Part shown: positions 28,852-42,142 of the stretch, piece by piece
How positions within the stretch are numbered: position 1 is the stretch's first letter
Layout of the letters: the number at the start of each line of letters is the position of its first letter
Assembly (NCBI GenBank): GCA_050273025.1
Contig: CP158635.1
Span: 11,284,001 to 11,348,000, forward strand
Source: Cenococcum geophilum
Taxonomy: Eukaryota
Length of the DNA: 64,000 nucleotides
Reading direction: 5' to 3'
Made by a program: the position numbers and the translations under genes
The notes under the pieces: model-generated
Database searches by the model: none
Told to the model about the DNA's origin: nothing
What the model saw: only the letters and a program-made list of their open reading frames with translations

Positions 28852-31152
28852 GTAGGATACTTTAGCAATTATCTAGTCCTACGTTTCTTTACTAATCTTT
28901 ATTATAAAACCATTTTAAATATCTTGCTAAGAAAACGTAAATTAAATTTACTGTTTAGTTACCCTTAATATAGAAATCAATTATAGCTTAATATATACTT
29001 TTCATAGCAGAAAATATAAATCTTTTATAGCTAGAAAATCTTACTCTATATTTATTTATTAATTACTTAGCCTAAACTAAAACTAAAACTTACCTCTACT
29101 TAGGGCTAATTATATAATAAGTTACTAAGCAAACAGGCGCAATCTAGAGACTCACTTAATAGGCGAACTCGCTAGTCCTAGAGCTAGTATAGTACTAGCA
29201 ATATATTTAGGCCCAACTATTCTATAGTAGCTATTACTTTTATATATCCGTACCGAATACAAATAATCGGCGCATATAGGTAGGCTAGCTGCAAATATCA
29301 AGTTTTACCTTTACCTTACTCTTACTGCATTACTTTAACCATAGCAGCGAGCATTATTATAGCGCTTTTATCCATCTTTTATCTTACTTAGTCGCACCTC
29401 TTTATAGGCAATCCGCCGCCTTTCTAGTAGAGTGAATTTACTAATACTACGCAATTAGTTATACCAATAAATGGGATTAAAATTTATAGCTAGCAGCCTT
29501 TCCTATATAAGGGGCACTATATTAGTAATAACGAAGCTACTAATAAACTAGGAGTTATATAGCGGGCTAGGTAGAATATTACCTTCTAGTATAATAAACT
29601 AGTGGTAAGACTTAATATATATTTACTAACACTTAGTATTAGACTATTTAATTCTATAAATACTATAGGCCCTACTATAAACCAAATAGAGGGAGCCGCT
29701 TACAGTAGCGGTTTATATTAAATTTCATTCTCCTATAATTAAGGTATAACGTAGGTTATAGTTTAGAACTTTAAGGGAAATTACCCCTAGGTTAGAAAGG
29801 GTGAAAAGGGGATAGTAACCAATCATTATAATATTAACTAAGACTACTATTTCGTAGTCCCCAAAGATTTTCCTTTAGAAGATAACGTCATTGTTATATA
29901 GTAAGGCCTTTATTTCTACTATACTCAAATTAGTAATAATAATTCTAGGACCTAGATTAATAACACTAGAAATTAAGAATTCTATATATTATGCTCTCCC
30001 GTTAAGATAATAGGGGTTAGAGCATCCGTTTTAGTCATACTTTAGGGTTTGCCGCTACTAATTGCTAATCTCCAAGCTAATCCTTCCGCTCTTCCTATAA
30101 ATGATTAAATTTAGGCAAGCTGTTATACAGATGATTTGATAGCTATTATCTACCTAGATATATATAAAGGATATAACCCAGTTATACGAGCGCTAAAGGC
30201 GCTAAATCTTATGCCCTTTCCAAGAGGGGAAAATCTTATTTATGCCTCTAATAATTTAAATACGGTAAAGGCGCTTTAAAGAGGGCTTTAAAGTAGGGCA
30301 TTTTAGAGTAGAGTTTAAAGTAAGACTATCCCCTAGATTCTCTAAGGGCTATACTTACCACTATAAATTTATATAGGTAATATATATCCACAGGCATTAT
30401 AGGGAGAGGCTTTGCTGCTAGTTCCCTCGTTATCTTCGTCTCTTCCTCTACTATTGTCTTCTACCTCCCCCCCCAATGCACCTTCCCGCCTATTATTAGA
30501 GTTAATCTTTTCTTACTTAGTACCTTTAGTCCTTCCTCTCTTAGAATCTTCGGCTTTTACTTTTACCTCTAAGCAATAAGGCTCCCTAACTTTATCTATA
30601 TTAAGCACTTAGGTTATAAGTACTTCTACTTCTAACTCTTCTTTACCTACTAGTGGATTATATTTATAATCAATAAACTCTAGTATAATCTCCCCTAGCA
30701 CGTTATAGACGAGTAGTATTTTTATAATAACTACCGTACTATCTAGTTCGGACGCGGTTATAACATTAACTATTACTACTATTTTAAGCGCTGCGACTTA
30801 TTTACTTATTAAGATTTTCTATACAAACCCAAACTCGCCACATCCCTTCTATATAGCAATTTATTAGTCTTTATAAAAATATAGATAAGGTAAAGGGATT
30901 TTAGAACATTCTATTATTAAATACTACCTTGTTTTTATTTAAAGCGTTTTAGTATAGATAACAACTAGGGTTTTAGTTATAGGGGGAAATTAAACTAAGC
31001 CAACTTACTACGTTTTTACACTATAATAGAATATTCTATTAAACTTTCTGCTATTAGGCAGTTTACTACCATATTACTTACTACTAGTTTCTATTACCTA
31101 CACCTACCTTATATATATAAGGTCCCTCCCTAAGTGGCGCAAAACCCCCTAT

Positions 31153-31379
31153 TATTACGGCACTAGTAGAACTTGGCAGAACTTCACACTAGCAAGTTGT
31201 CACAGATTGCCGCATATTGCGGTCACGTAACGCGAAGATATTATAAAACATTAAGCGGCGCTACTCTTCTTCTCCTTTCCTTTCCCTAGCTTTAAATTCT
31301 TATTTATAGATAATCCAATTATATAGGCTTACGCGTCCCTCTTACTATACTCGTGCCTTAATTAACTAAGTCACTAACA
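31153..31379 (+). mobile_element. RIPed solo LTR, family A
   Basis: Termini tattacggcact...attaactaagtcactaaca (= tgttacggcact...attgactgagtcgctgaca). Flanks cctat/cccgt. Homologous to 53744-53970. Confidence 0.8.
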
Positions 31380-31548
31380 CCCGTACCGTAATGAATCCAT
31401 TATTTATATATCTTAACTCTCTCCCCCACGATTCTATCAAGTTATAATTATAGTAGTAGTATTCTTTAGATATTTCCCTTTAGGAAACTAGTATACAGCC
31501 TAAAAAATACAATGCTTTTAATTATGCTATTAGTCGTTCTTTTTAAAG

Positions 31549-31717
31549 TATTATAGCTTAAATAAATGCCTCTAAACCAAAGCTTAAACAAATGCTGTAT
31601 TACAAAGATACTAAGCTAAGGAGAAGGAAAAGGGGTCGCTAGGACCAATATAAACAAATATATAGGTTGGCAGAATTTAGTAGAATTTGGCAGGTAATAT
31701 ATAATAGCGCCGTTACA
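31549..31717 (-). mobile_element. RIPed solo LTR (family A2)
   Basis: Ends gcgccgttaca. TSD taaag/caaag differs by one CpA>TpA change. Homologous to 24782-25029. Confidence 0.7.
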
Positions 31718-32999
31718 CAAAGCATCTAAAATTGCGTTAGCTTTACACCCCTACTAAACTACAACTCTCTATAAAATTTTAAGCTTCGGAGTATTTAATT
31801 AATAGAACTATTATAGTCCTAAGCTTTTAAAGACACTTAGCTCTTAAAAATATACATTCCGGATTTATCCGTAAGAAGGGGCCTATAGGGTATCTTAGTA
31901 TAAGAATTTAGCGCGCTTATATAGTGCAGTATTAGATACTTAGCTAGCCGTATTATTTTCTACGCTATACCAAATAGGCTCCTAGGTATAGCGCTCTTCT
32001 AAAAACGTCTTTAAAAGGTTATATGCTAGCTATTTTTGGCAGCCAAGCATTGCCAGCTATCTCTTATGCCGGCTCAGCGGCTGCCTTTAGTGCCTTTCCT
32101 ATTACTATAGTCGTAGACCTAAATGCGTGGCGCACTCTCTACAAACCGGCTAGTTTAAAAGAGGGACCTACCACAAGCGAAGCCTGGCGACGCGAATACT
32201 ACCCTCCTTTATATTCGTCTTTATTACAGAGTCTATTATATTAATAAAGCGTCCGCAATCTCTTAAGTCGTACGTTTAGTGGTTTTTTATCTTCCTACAG
32301 GCGCAGTTACCTTATTACTGCAGGGCATTCCAACCGGTGTTTATACCTTATCAGCAATAGGGAATAAATTAATGCTTAACTTTCGCATATTATCTTATTA
32401 TATTTAATGCAATTTTGACTTTAATTAAATATAGTATTAAGGTTATATAATTTAAGCCCTTCTAACTTACTTCCTAAGCAACGGTTATTTAAAACTCTCG
32501 TATAAGGCTAAGCTTATTATTACTATCACTGTTATAAACTACGTCCGCGCCTAGGTTAATGCCACCCTATTATCTTTAGAGAACTTTAAAAAACCTACAC
32601 ATTAAATTTCCCCTTAATCTTATCTTAAACGAATGCGTTGCTTTCTAAACTCCTATTAATAAGTCCGCCCTAGACCTAACCCGTTATTACAATTATCCGC
32701 GGTTAACTCTTTTAAGATAGACTCTATTACTAACGCCTCTTCTATTACTTTACTTAACTTAAAGAGAAAATTAAAAGTAATAGGTCCGTTAATAAAGTGT
32801 AAAGGCTTATAAAGTCCTAAGCAAACCTAGCGCGTCTTACTTAAATAAGGGAGACCTCCTATTTATATCTAATAACCAGATAGTATAAGTTAAATTATTC
32901 CATTATAGGAACTTTAAGGTATACTTTCCAAAAACTTTTCTAATAAATTCGTTCCAATATACTTTAAGGTACGCTACTATAGGCCTTTCTTTTACTCTA

Positions 33000-34050
33000 A
33001 TGTACTAGAAGCTAACTAGCGTCTAGTCTAGCGCCGCCTTCGCCAAGCTAACCCTATAGCTTTTAAAAACGATATTTGCTCCTATATATTTAACCAATTA
33101 AATAAAACACAATTAGGTTAGGCAGAAATGGATAGGCTAAAGTTTTTCTAGAGTTGCGTGTAACGTATTTATATAAGGGCGAAACGATATAACGATAATA
33201 ATAAAGATAAAAATGCTTAGGTAAGAGTTATCTAGGACGCCCTAGAGGTAGTAGTTAAGGAGAATAATATTACTTCCCTAGAAATTAACAGCGTGTAAGT
33301 TTTACTACTATTATTTAGTCTTTAATCTATATTGCTAACATCTAAGCTATGTAGTTAATCTTAGAATATCTATTCCAATTTCCTATTTATAGGCACTTCT
33401 GGGCTAACCATATTAAAAAAGGCGGACTTTATAATTGCATTTAACCAAGACAACAATAACGACGTTCGCAGAGTCTACGAGAATTTCAGGTATAATAATA
33501 ATGGTGCTATACTTAGCCTAATAACAGACGTATATACTTCTAGGGTTGCTCTTATATATACTATAGAGCTAAAGGAGGCCAGAGGAAAAGCTATAGAGGC
33601 CGAGATATAGCTTACAGTCTACTATATAGCTATGTTATAGAAAATTTAGGAACTAATTAATATAAGATAAAGAACACTAATAAATAAAGAGGAGGTTAAG
33701 AAGCTAGTGCTATTAGTAGTAGAATAGACTATTATTAGGCATAAATAGTTATTATATATTTCCAGCTTATTGCCTAACAATAGTATTATACGCTATACCT
33801 CCTCTCTCTCTTTAGAATCTCCTTGCTTTTAGCTAATACTTTATTTATTAAATATGCTAAGGTCCCTTTAACGGGTTGTAGGCTAGTATATCCACCCACT
33901 ACAGTATACTCCTCCTTCTTAACTTGTTAAAACGTATTGCTATTATAGCTTCTAGTAAGCTATAGCCTATAATGCAAGAGATACTTAATAGGGACGAGGT
34001 TTAGGGATAGAGATATTATTTTAGAGAGCTAGACAACAATAAGATATAAA
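33000..34050 (+). pseudogene. Fungal PD-(D/E)XK nuclease-like protein relic
   Basis: De-RIPed reading KKADF.IAF...LSP.TD.YTSRVAL..AIELKEA.GKAIEAE.QL...VVGWT.IGHEW.LYIS shows the D...ExK...Q pattern of fungal PD-(D/E)XK-like proteins. Confidence 0.65.
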
Positions 34051-34069
34051 TTAAAGGGAGAAATATAAT

Positions 34070-35070
34070 TAACGACCGTTATAAACATTATAAAAAGTCT
34101 TTACCTATATCTTCCATTTCCATATAACTTATAACATCGGACTTTTATACTTTAGCACTTTATAGACGTCTGCCTTACCTTTATATAAATACATTTAACT
34201 CTATTAAAGCAAAGTCTTGCCGCTGTAGTTCTTTTCCAAACTACCATATATTCTATTCTAAGTTCACCCGCGATTACTAAAAGGATAGATCTTTTAGTGC
34301 CTGCTATACCAAATTAGCTATATTACCGCGTATATATAGCTCTAAGCCGCTATAGGTTATACAACCTTTCTAACTCCTTTAATAGCGGCGGTGGGTTCTT
34401 ACTTTCGGAAAGACGGGAGATAGATAGCCTAGACTAGTTCAATAAATAACTATATATCAACCTATGGTGTAATAGAAAAATTAATTTACCAAGCTACTAT
34501 TTTATTTTACTTAACTAATAAACCTTGCTTTTTAGTTCTTTAAGGATAGCGGACTAAGTGTCTTTAATAAGCCCTTTATATTCCTTAAGGCATTCTCTAG
34601 TAAATATAATATTGCCTATAGACCTGTGCTAGTGTTAGCTCTAGTCTATATAAGTACGCCTTTAATATATAACGTAACATCTATTATCTTTATTATAATA
34701 GTAGATATATATATTTTCAAAGTACGTATAAAGCCAAAGATATCCTAGCCCATATACTTAAATATGGCCTAGTTATAAGCACCTAATTAAGCCACCTAAC
34801 TAATCTATTTATTAAGCTCTTTATAACACTTACTATAACTTTACAGAGAGAGCTCTAGTGCTATAAATTCGGCATTTATTATAGTTAATATCTAGGCAAG
34901 CTTTTCCAATGCTATATTAAGGGCTTTAAGCGGTTCTATAAGTTTAGGTATAGGGCTTTAACTTAGAAGGCCTCTGGCTATAAGGTATAGCAATTAACTT
35001 AACTAAAGAGTAGATATTACTAGGTCCGCTAGATCAGAAGTATTTTTTATTAAACCTATTATTTCATTAC
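34070..35070 (-). pseudogene. HeLo-like / fungal STAND N-terminal domain protein relic
   Basis: Helical pattern L.ALNIALEKLA...LELSLQSC.KCCKEL...W..FKYMG.DI.GF..TL..Y.STI.I, recalled for the fungal N-terminal (Helo-like) domain. Confidence 0.5.
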
Positions 35071-36599
35071 TTGTCGTATTAAGATAGGGTATAACTTGCT
35101 AGATTTACCGCGTCAAGCTATATATATAAAGCACGCTCTTATCTTTAGTTATCGCATTATTTAGGCCAGACTACCGCAAAAATAAGTTATACTAGGTATA
35201 AAGATAGTAAGTATAGAAGCCACAAGGATAGCTAGTGGGGTTAAGTAGGGTTATAGTATAGATCTATACCTATTAAGAGCGAATAGGAATATATATATAT
35301 AGCGTAAACAACATTCTATAGGCTAGATAATTGAAAGATAAACCTATCCTAAGAATGCTATAGCTGCAGTATAAATAGACCTTCTTTATATACTACTAAG
35401 TTGCGATAATAAATTAAGCAGCTTTAGGAAGCGATACTAAAACACAAAGTAGTAGAAGAGTTATAGGTTATATAATTGTGTTTTTTAGGTATAGCTACAG
35501 CAAAAACTTATTTAGTAGATTTAAAGTAAAAAATATATTATAACCACCTATATGCCACACAAATAATTAAAAGCCCCTTTTATAGCCTATTCTAAGTTGG
35601 CCTAATTAAAAAGCCTACCGGGCGCTGCTTTATTATAGCTTAAGGCCGGCATATACTAAGGGTCTTACTACTCTTTATTATAAAAGGTTTTAAAGGTTAT
35701 AAATTATACCAACTTAAAACCTAAATTGGTACTCTTTACTAACGTAATACCTTAGCAATAGTAAGGTGCAAGCCTAAGTATATAATTACTATTACCTAAG
35801 TAATCTAGTTAGCTATTCCCTTAATTTTGGTCATAAAGTGCCTTTTATTATTCTTTAAAAAGATTAAAGGATATTAGTATTATAAAGCGATACTATTCTT
35901 CTAACTTAGATAAATCGCTAGATAAACCAGCGTGGTCTAAACAGGCGTATTTAAACAAAAGGATCTTTGCGTAAAACTATTATATAGTAAAGCATTATAT
36001 AACTAGGCGCCCCTTATAGCTAGGCGTTCCCCTTCGTTAATAGTTCTCTCAATCCACTCACGAGTTTCTTAAAACTGCACAGATGTCGAAACCATTATCC
36101 CACGTTATTTAAGTAGTACGTCTTAGCTTAATCGGCTATAATCTAGATTAACGCTTTAAGACGCTTTAAGAATAAGGAGGAAAGGAAGGTTATAAGCTAT
36201 AATACTATGTTTTAATAGTTAAAGGAATAACAAATGCTATTATACTAAGTTTGGACTTTCTTTATAACCTTAGGGCTAGCATTATAAATGGGATTGTAGT
36301 AGTCTTAATAAGGGTCGTCTAGGCTAGTAATAAAACGCCTAAGACCGGCGGCCGACAGCGGAAGGAAAAACTGCAAAAGTAGGATGCTTTAAGGCATTAT
36401 ATAATAAATTCACTATTGCTAAAGTAAGAGACGTCTATAAGGAGATTATTTATACAATTAGTGCATTTATAAATCTCCTAAGTTAGAGAGACAGCGCGTC
36501 TTCAAACTATAATATAGTAAGGTGGCTTTATTAAGCCACCTAGGGTCAGCCGCGCTACGCCACACCCTTTAAGCTGAACTTTTAATTAATATATCCCTT

Positions 36600-36935
36600 A
36601 CCCCGGCAGAGAGTTTCTATACTTACAATATTAAATCCTTACTCCTCCCCACTATTATTATAGTCCTTTTTATATATAAATTAGATCATTTTCTTAACAG
36701 TACCGAAATTAAACTCGTTAATACTTATAATATTAGTCGCCGCCTCCTACCTATTAGTTAGTTCCTAGTTAGGGTTAATTCCACTAAATATTTAGTTAGC
36801 TTTTACCTAAAAGTCTCCATTATAGGCAGCTATAAGTACGGAAGATTAGGTATATATAATCGCTTTATAGACTTTAAACTCTAGTCCTTAGCATATAAGT
36901 TTTAAGTCACTATTTCTTACTATCTATAAGCTGCG
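36600..36935 (-). pseudogene. BTB/POZ domain protein relic (domain portion)
   Basis: De-RIPed SDL.LIC.GLEFKVHKAI.CTQSSVL.AACNGDFQ[intron]EAATNII.IDEF.FGTV.KMIQF.Y..DY. Confidence 0.75.
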
Positions 36936-38680
36936 CTAAGCTAAGTAGAATACTTTTAGATAATATATTTCGTTAGTTTTCTTTCCTAGTCCTAGTTTTA
37001 ACTACGTCTTAAGTAATATTTAAGGGAGTAATTTAGGTCTATTCCTTCTCTTAAATATAGGTAACTAAATTAAAGAGGGAAGCTCGGAGAGGGATTATAG
37101 ATTAAGTAATTACTCTAATTATATATAGCTAGAAGGGTATTAACCTGCTTTTATTTAAGTAGCTCTAATAGAAGAAATGCAGATATAGAGTAATTTCTAT
37201 TACGTTTAGAGATCCTTTAGGGTCCACAGTTCTTTTACTACCTTCCGTTGCCCTCTATAAGGAATAGGCTTAGAGAATTAGGTATAATATGTAATGGCCT
37301 AAGGAACTTGGCAAATATAACCTAGTAAGGCCCTTTAAAACAACACGGCCTAAATTAAAAAGTGGAGTCTAGTTTAGGAATAAGTTATATCTTATAAAAT
37401 GCGCTAGAAATAATCCTAAGCGGGGCCTAAACTAGACCTGCGTAACTCTTAAGCACGGAAACTCAGAAATCAGCTATACTTACCTAATCACAATTTAGCG
37501 ACATTTCGGCTAAGCCTACTGCCTTAGGCATTGCTGAATTTTGGTTACTAATAGGGTTGCTAAAGAGATTAAATTAAAAGCGTGGTGAAGTATAAGAATA
37601 AAAGGGGTTCCATTTTAAGTTAATAACGTATCCTTAGTTATACTGTTTTTAGCTCTTCTATAATTATAACATTTACTTATAATATTAGCTTTAATCTTAT
37701 AGGCCTAAGTGCTTAGAGACTATTATTTAGTCTTGCTACCTAGTATAGCTATATTAGATATTACTTAGAAATAAATAGACTTTTCTATACTACTACTAGA
37801 CTTAGAACCCATTAACAATACCTATCTCCGCCGCTTTCTTATTCTCTTCGCGATTAAGCTACTAAAGCGTTTCCGTTAACGTAACGGAACTATTCTTATA
37901 CTCTCTTTTAATATCTACGTTAAATATAGCCCTCTTTAATACCTTTTTAAAGCACGCACTATGCAATTCCTAACCTAAAATACTTTAATTCCGGTTCTAA
38001 AAGTTCTCTGCTCTTTTACATATAAAGATTAAACTTATATTATAATGGAGAGGATTTATAAAAAAATAGTAGGATATAGGTAGGTAGCACGGAGCTCCGA
38101 GTTAAAGGTAAAGATCCTCTCCTAAGTTAAAGATATAGTCCAAGAGATGCGAAAAATACCTCCTTAAGGTATAGATATTGCAAATATTAACGACGGGCCT
38201 TTAAACAATTGCCGGCTTCTAGGTCCCTCCTTACGGTATAAACCCTTTAAATATATTTAAGATTTTTATAAGCATTTATAATAAGGGCTAAAGTTTAATA
38301 TAAAATTTAAACTAGAGCTAAGACAGCTTATAGCTAAATATAACGGGCCCTAGCTTTCACCTGTTTTTATATATAGTAATTTAAGCAGCTTAAATATTCT
38401 TATACATAGAGATAAAGTTATTAGAATCATTAATTAGGAGACCGCTAGGTAGTTCCCACCGTACTAGGAGTACACTATAGCATATTAAGTCAATCTATAA
38501 AACTCCTTTTAGCGAGATAAGGTCGATAAATTTCTTAATCCTATACCTAAGGAACTAGCTATAGAGAAAATTCGTTAGTAATATTTCGGAGATTTCTAAA
38601 TACTCTACTTTTAAAGGACCTCTTTCTCTTTTCCTAGGGTAAATAAGGATAAATTCTAATAATCTTATTATAATAAATAT

Positions 38681-39337
38681 TTAGGGAATCGTCTCTATAC
38701 CGTCCATTAAGTTATAAGTTAGGGTCTTATTTATATTAAAGTCGCCCTAACTATTAAAACGATACTAATCCTTCTTTCTCTAACAATACATTATTGCCCT
38801 ATTTTATACTTAATTTTACTCTATTACACTAGTACCTAAGGCTTTCCCATTAACCTTTAGCCCCTTAAGTGCCTCTTTTATCTATATTATACAATTCTAA
38901 CCTAAATCTCCTTATCTAATAGGGTTGTTGTATAACACATTTACAAGCTAATCCCTATCCTCTACTTTACTAATTATAATATAGATAAGCAGCATGCTAG
39001 TTAAAGTAAGAGAGGTATTACGCTCTTTATAGTACTACTCTATTTCCCTAATTTATATTAGCCTTTCCTTTATATAATATTATATGCCTATTTCGCCTTT
39101 AGCTTTAGTCTTCGGCCTAATTAGTAAAGCCTAGTAATACCTAGTTATTAATATAGTGTTAGCTATAATATAATACCGCTATAGAATGGCCTTTAATCCT
39201 ACCTTTATGCTTACTTATATTACACCTAAGAGGAGTAAGGGCTCCGGCATTACTTACTTGTCTTCTCTATCTAGCATAGTAGGATTACCGCCACGAGCGT
39301 AAAGGGTAATGTAAAGACAATCCTTATTAGAAGGCAT
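38681..39337 (-). pseudogene. Conserved fungal hypothetical protein relic (DUF6914-like, recalled)
   Basis: MPSNKD.LYITLYARGGNPTM...EDK[intron]YWALLI.PKTE...WNC..WIKEAL..LK.DGKALGTSV...TYNLMDGIETIP-stop. Confidence 0.6.
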
Positions 39338-39574
39338 TATGTTATATTTATAGAATATTATCTAAAGTAGTTAAGCCGCTACCTTGCTTTAATATTTACC
39401 AGCTAATATAGGGTAAAGTATCTATAAGTAGATAAGATATAATACGGGATTGGCGTAAACCGGTACCAAAAGTTAAGGACTTAGCTAATAAAGGAGTAAG
39501 CCTTAGCAAAAAGGCAATAAAATAGTTTAGTTAGAGTATTTTACTCCCCAGCACAAGGCAATAGCGAACTACTA

Positions 39575-40056
39575 TAGTAATGTGCACAACTAGCTTCTAC
39601 CCCCCCTCTAAAAAAAATATTTTTTCGCTTTAGTACGCGGGCTCGCTAGCAATCGTAGCAAATGCCTATGCTTAGCTATAAGAACTTTACTTCTAGTAAA
39701 CTTCGCGATTAGCCTTCCTCTACAGTATTATAATCTTTGTTAAATATTGTGAGGTTTTTACCAGTATAATATTACTAAATTTTATCGGCAATTGTAGGAA
39801 CAGCTTTATATTCACGTTTTGGCGGCATAGTAGGGGGGCACGCAGTTAAAGGGAAGGGGAGGGCGCGTACGTCCTCAGTTTGGTTCTCCTGGCCAACTAA
39901 GGCAATTCTCTAGGGCAACTAAAAAGGTCCTTGCGTGCAGGCACATGCGTTCACTACAATTACTATATATAGTTAGTGGCGATTTAGCGAACCCGCGTAC
40001 CGAAGCGAAATAATTTTTTTTTTCAGAGGGGTAGAAGCTAGTTATGCATATTACTA
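39575..40056. mobile_element. Non-autonomous Tc1/mariner-type TIR element (MITE), 482 bp
   Basis: About 80-bp terminal inverted repeats (tagtaatgtgcacaactagcttctacccc...gtacgcggg / cccgcgtac...ggggtagaagctagttatgcatattacta) flanked by TA on both sides. The terminus is compatible with RIPed CAGT. Confidence 0.85.
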
Positions 40057-40955
40057 TACTCTAAGTATACGTTATAGTATAATATAGGATTAAGGATATT
40101 TGCTATATAAGCGCATAGTATCTAAGCCATAATGCAATATTATTATCTCTTTAGCTACTTCCGTTAAAGTCTTACACAATAGCTCTTTTGCTACTATAGT
40201 ACTCATTACTTTACTTAGAGACAGCCCTTAAAAATCCCCCAAATGCCCTTATTCCGTATACTGCTTAGCTTACTTCTTAGCCTAGTAAGCCTTTTACCTT
40301 AACTTCTTCTATTTTCACCTCTAATTATATATTTACTAAAAGCACCTAGCTTACGTATAAGCACTCTATAGCTTAGGCTGTATTAGGTTTTAGCTCCATA
40401 TTTATAGCAGTACAGTTACTTTCTTTTTAATTGGAATTAAAAACACTATCTATTATATTTAAACCCTCTACTTCCTTAAACACCTTATTATACTCTAGGT
40501 CGCTTACTTCTAACTTAAACACAAAGTTTAACGGACTTTCGCCTGCGTTTATAGCAATATTTAGGTAGTTAGGGCTAATAAAATTCATCAGAACTATGTC
40601 GCCTTAGCTAGGCCAAGTATTACATTCCTTTTAGCGTCTTCGATATAGTAGAACCGCGGCTTATTAGGGGATAAATAGTAGAGGCAAAGGCGAGGGGGTA
40701 GTCTTTAGCTTAACAGGTTAAAGACCAGGGGAGCGACAAAGCGTATTATTAGAGTCGTAGTATAAGCTAGACATAGAAGGACACAGAAACGTAAAATGTA
40801 GTCGGTTAGGAGGTATAAGTAAAAGAGGGGATCTTAGGAGTATTCGCTTATTAAAATCGGCTTATTATTCACTTAGGTGTATAAGGGGATAACATCAATG
40901 CGTTAGACGCCCCCCCTATTAGTATAGGTTAAGAAATAAGCAAGTCTAAAGTGAC

Positions 40956-41157
40956 TGTTACGGCACTGACGCGCGTAACCTGGATAGGGCCTAGTCAGGG
41001 GGGTTCGCTTACGTCTTGGCTCCATGTATATAGACGTGTCCTTTCCACGACCTTCTTCTTCTCCTCATCTTGATATCCGGGTCAATAGACTACCAATTGT
41101 ACAGGCTTGCATACGTTCTACGGCGCTCATGCCTCGATTGACTGAGTCGCTGTGACA
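40956..41157 (+). repeat. 5' LTR
   Basis: tgttacggcactg...gagtcgctgtgaca, with a TATATA box at 41027-41032. Confidence 0.97.
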
Positions 41158-41159
41158 TT

Positions 41160-41169
41160 ATATCAAGAT
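41160..41169 (+). promoter_or_regulatory. Putative self-priming primer-binding site
   Basis: ATATCAAGAT lies 2 nt after the 5' LTR and is the exact reverse complement of LTR-internal ATCTTGATAT (41067-41076). There is no TGG-starting tRNA PBS. Confidence 0.7.
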
Positions 41170-42142
41170 CCCTCAACCGATCGCAGGCTGTTGTATCCCA
41201 GGTCAAAGAAGCCCTGTGGCCTAGGGTAGTTGATGGGTGACGGAGCCCTATATACTAGCAGGCAAAGGAAGGAAGGAGAGCCTAACTCCTATAACAAAGA
41301 AGGCAGGAGATGCATACTCTGAGACAAAGCAGGAATCATTGTTATTGTTATTGAAGCCCTACAATCGTAGGAATTATCGAAGATCTACAATCGTAGGCAC
41401 CCTTACTGTGGTCCTGTGGTGGCTGGGTATGGAATCCCTACACTTATAGGTACCCTCCCTTATGTTCTCTTCTTTTTTTCTTTTCTCTCTACCAAACGGC
41501 CGCCTATGCTATGGGGAAGCACGTGCCGAGACGGTAACCTCTTTCCGACCGTACGAACTCGACGACCGACCGTACGTCTCCTTCGGACGCTTGCACCGTA
41601 CTGCTACCTAAATAGTCCTTTTTGATGGATACTGAGCTATGTATACTGTGAGGAACGAAATCGGTTGATACTGAGACTAGTGCTATGCACTGGCTGCGAA
41701 GAACGACCCCGACGGATACTGAGTTGTACGAGCTGTGAGGAACGAAATCACCAGGACTATCAACGCTGGCATCACTCTGCTATTGACTACCGATCGTGCC
41801 GATATGCATACGATCCATATACTCGACAACAGTAGCGCCAATACGCCTGCTACTACGACCTGACTACAACTGTGCCGATACGCCTACAGTCTTCTGACCG
41901 TACGATCGTGCCGTTACGCCTGCGATCCACGACTTCCGCTTGCATCGTACTGCTACAACAAACGACTGTACTGCCCTGCCACAGTCGACGAGACAATGAT
42001 CGTGCCTCTACGCCTACGATTACTCGACCAATCGATAGCCCGAGCTCTACGTTCGACCTGCTATCACAAGACAACCGATAGACGAGCTCTGCGCTCGACC
42101 ACTATCGTTACCGCCGCTAGTACCGTACTACTACCCGAACAC

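Noticed and set aside
32023..32244. 73-aa ORF (also the 68-aa ORF at 20346-20552)
   Set aside because: Short with no recognisable motif. Probably chance, or fragments or antisense of RIPed genes.
41645..41750. CTGTGAG...CGAAA motifs suggesting a hammerhead ribozyme (retrozyme)
   Set aside because: The core lacks canonical CUGANGA and I could not build stems I-III. An Infernal search would settle it.
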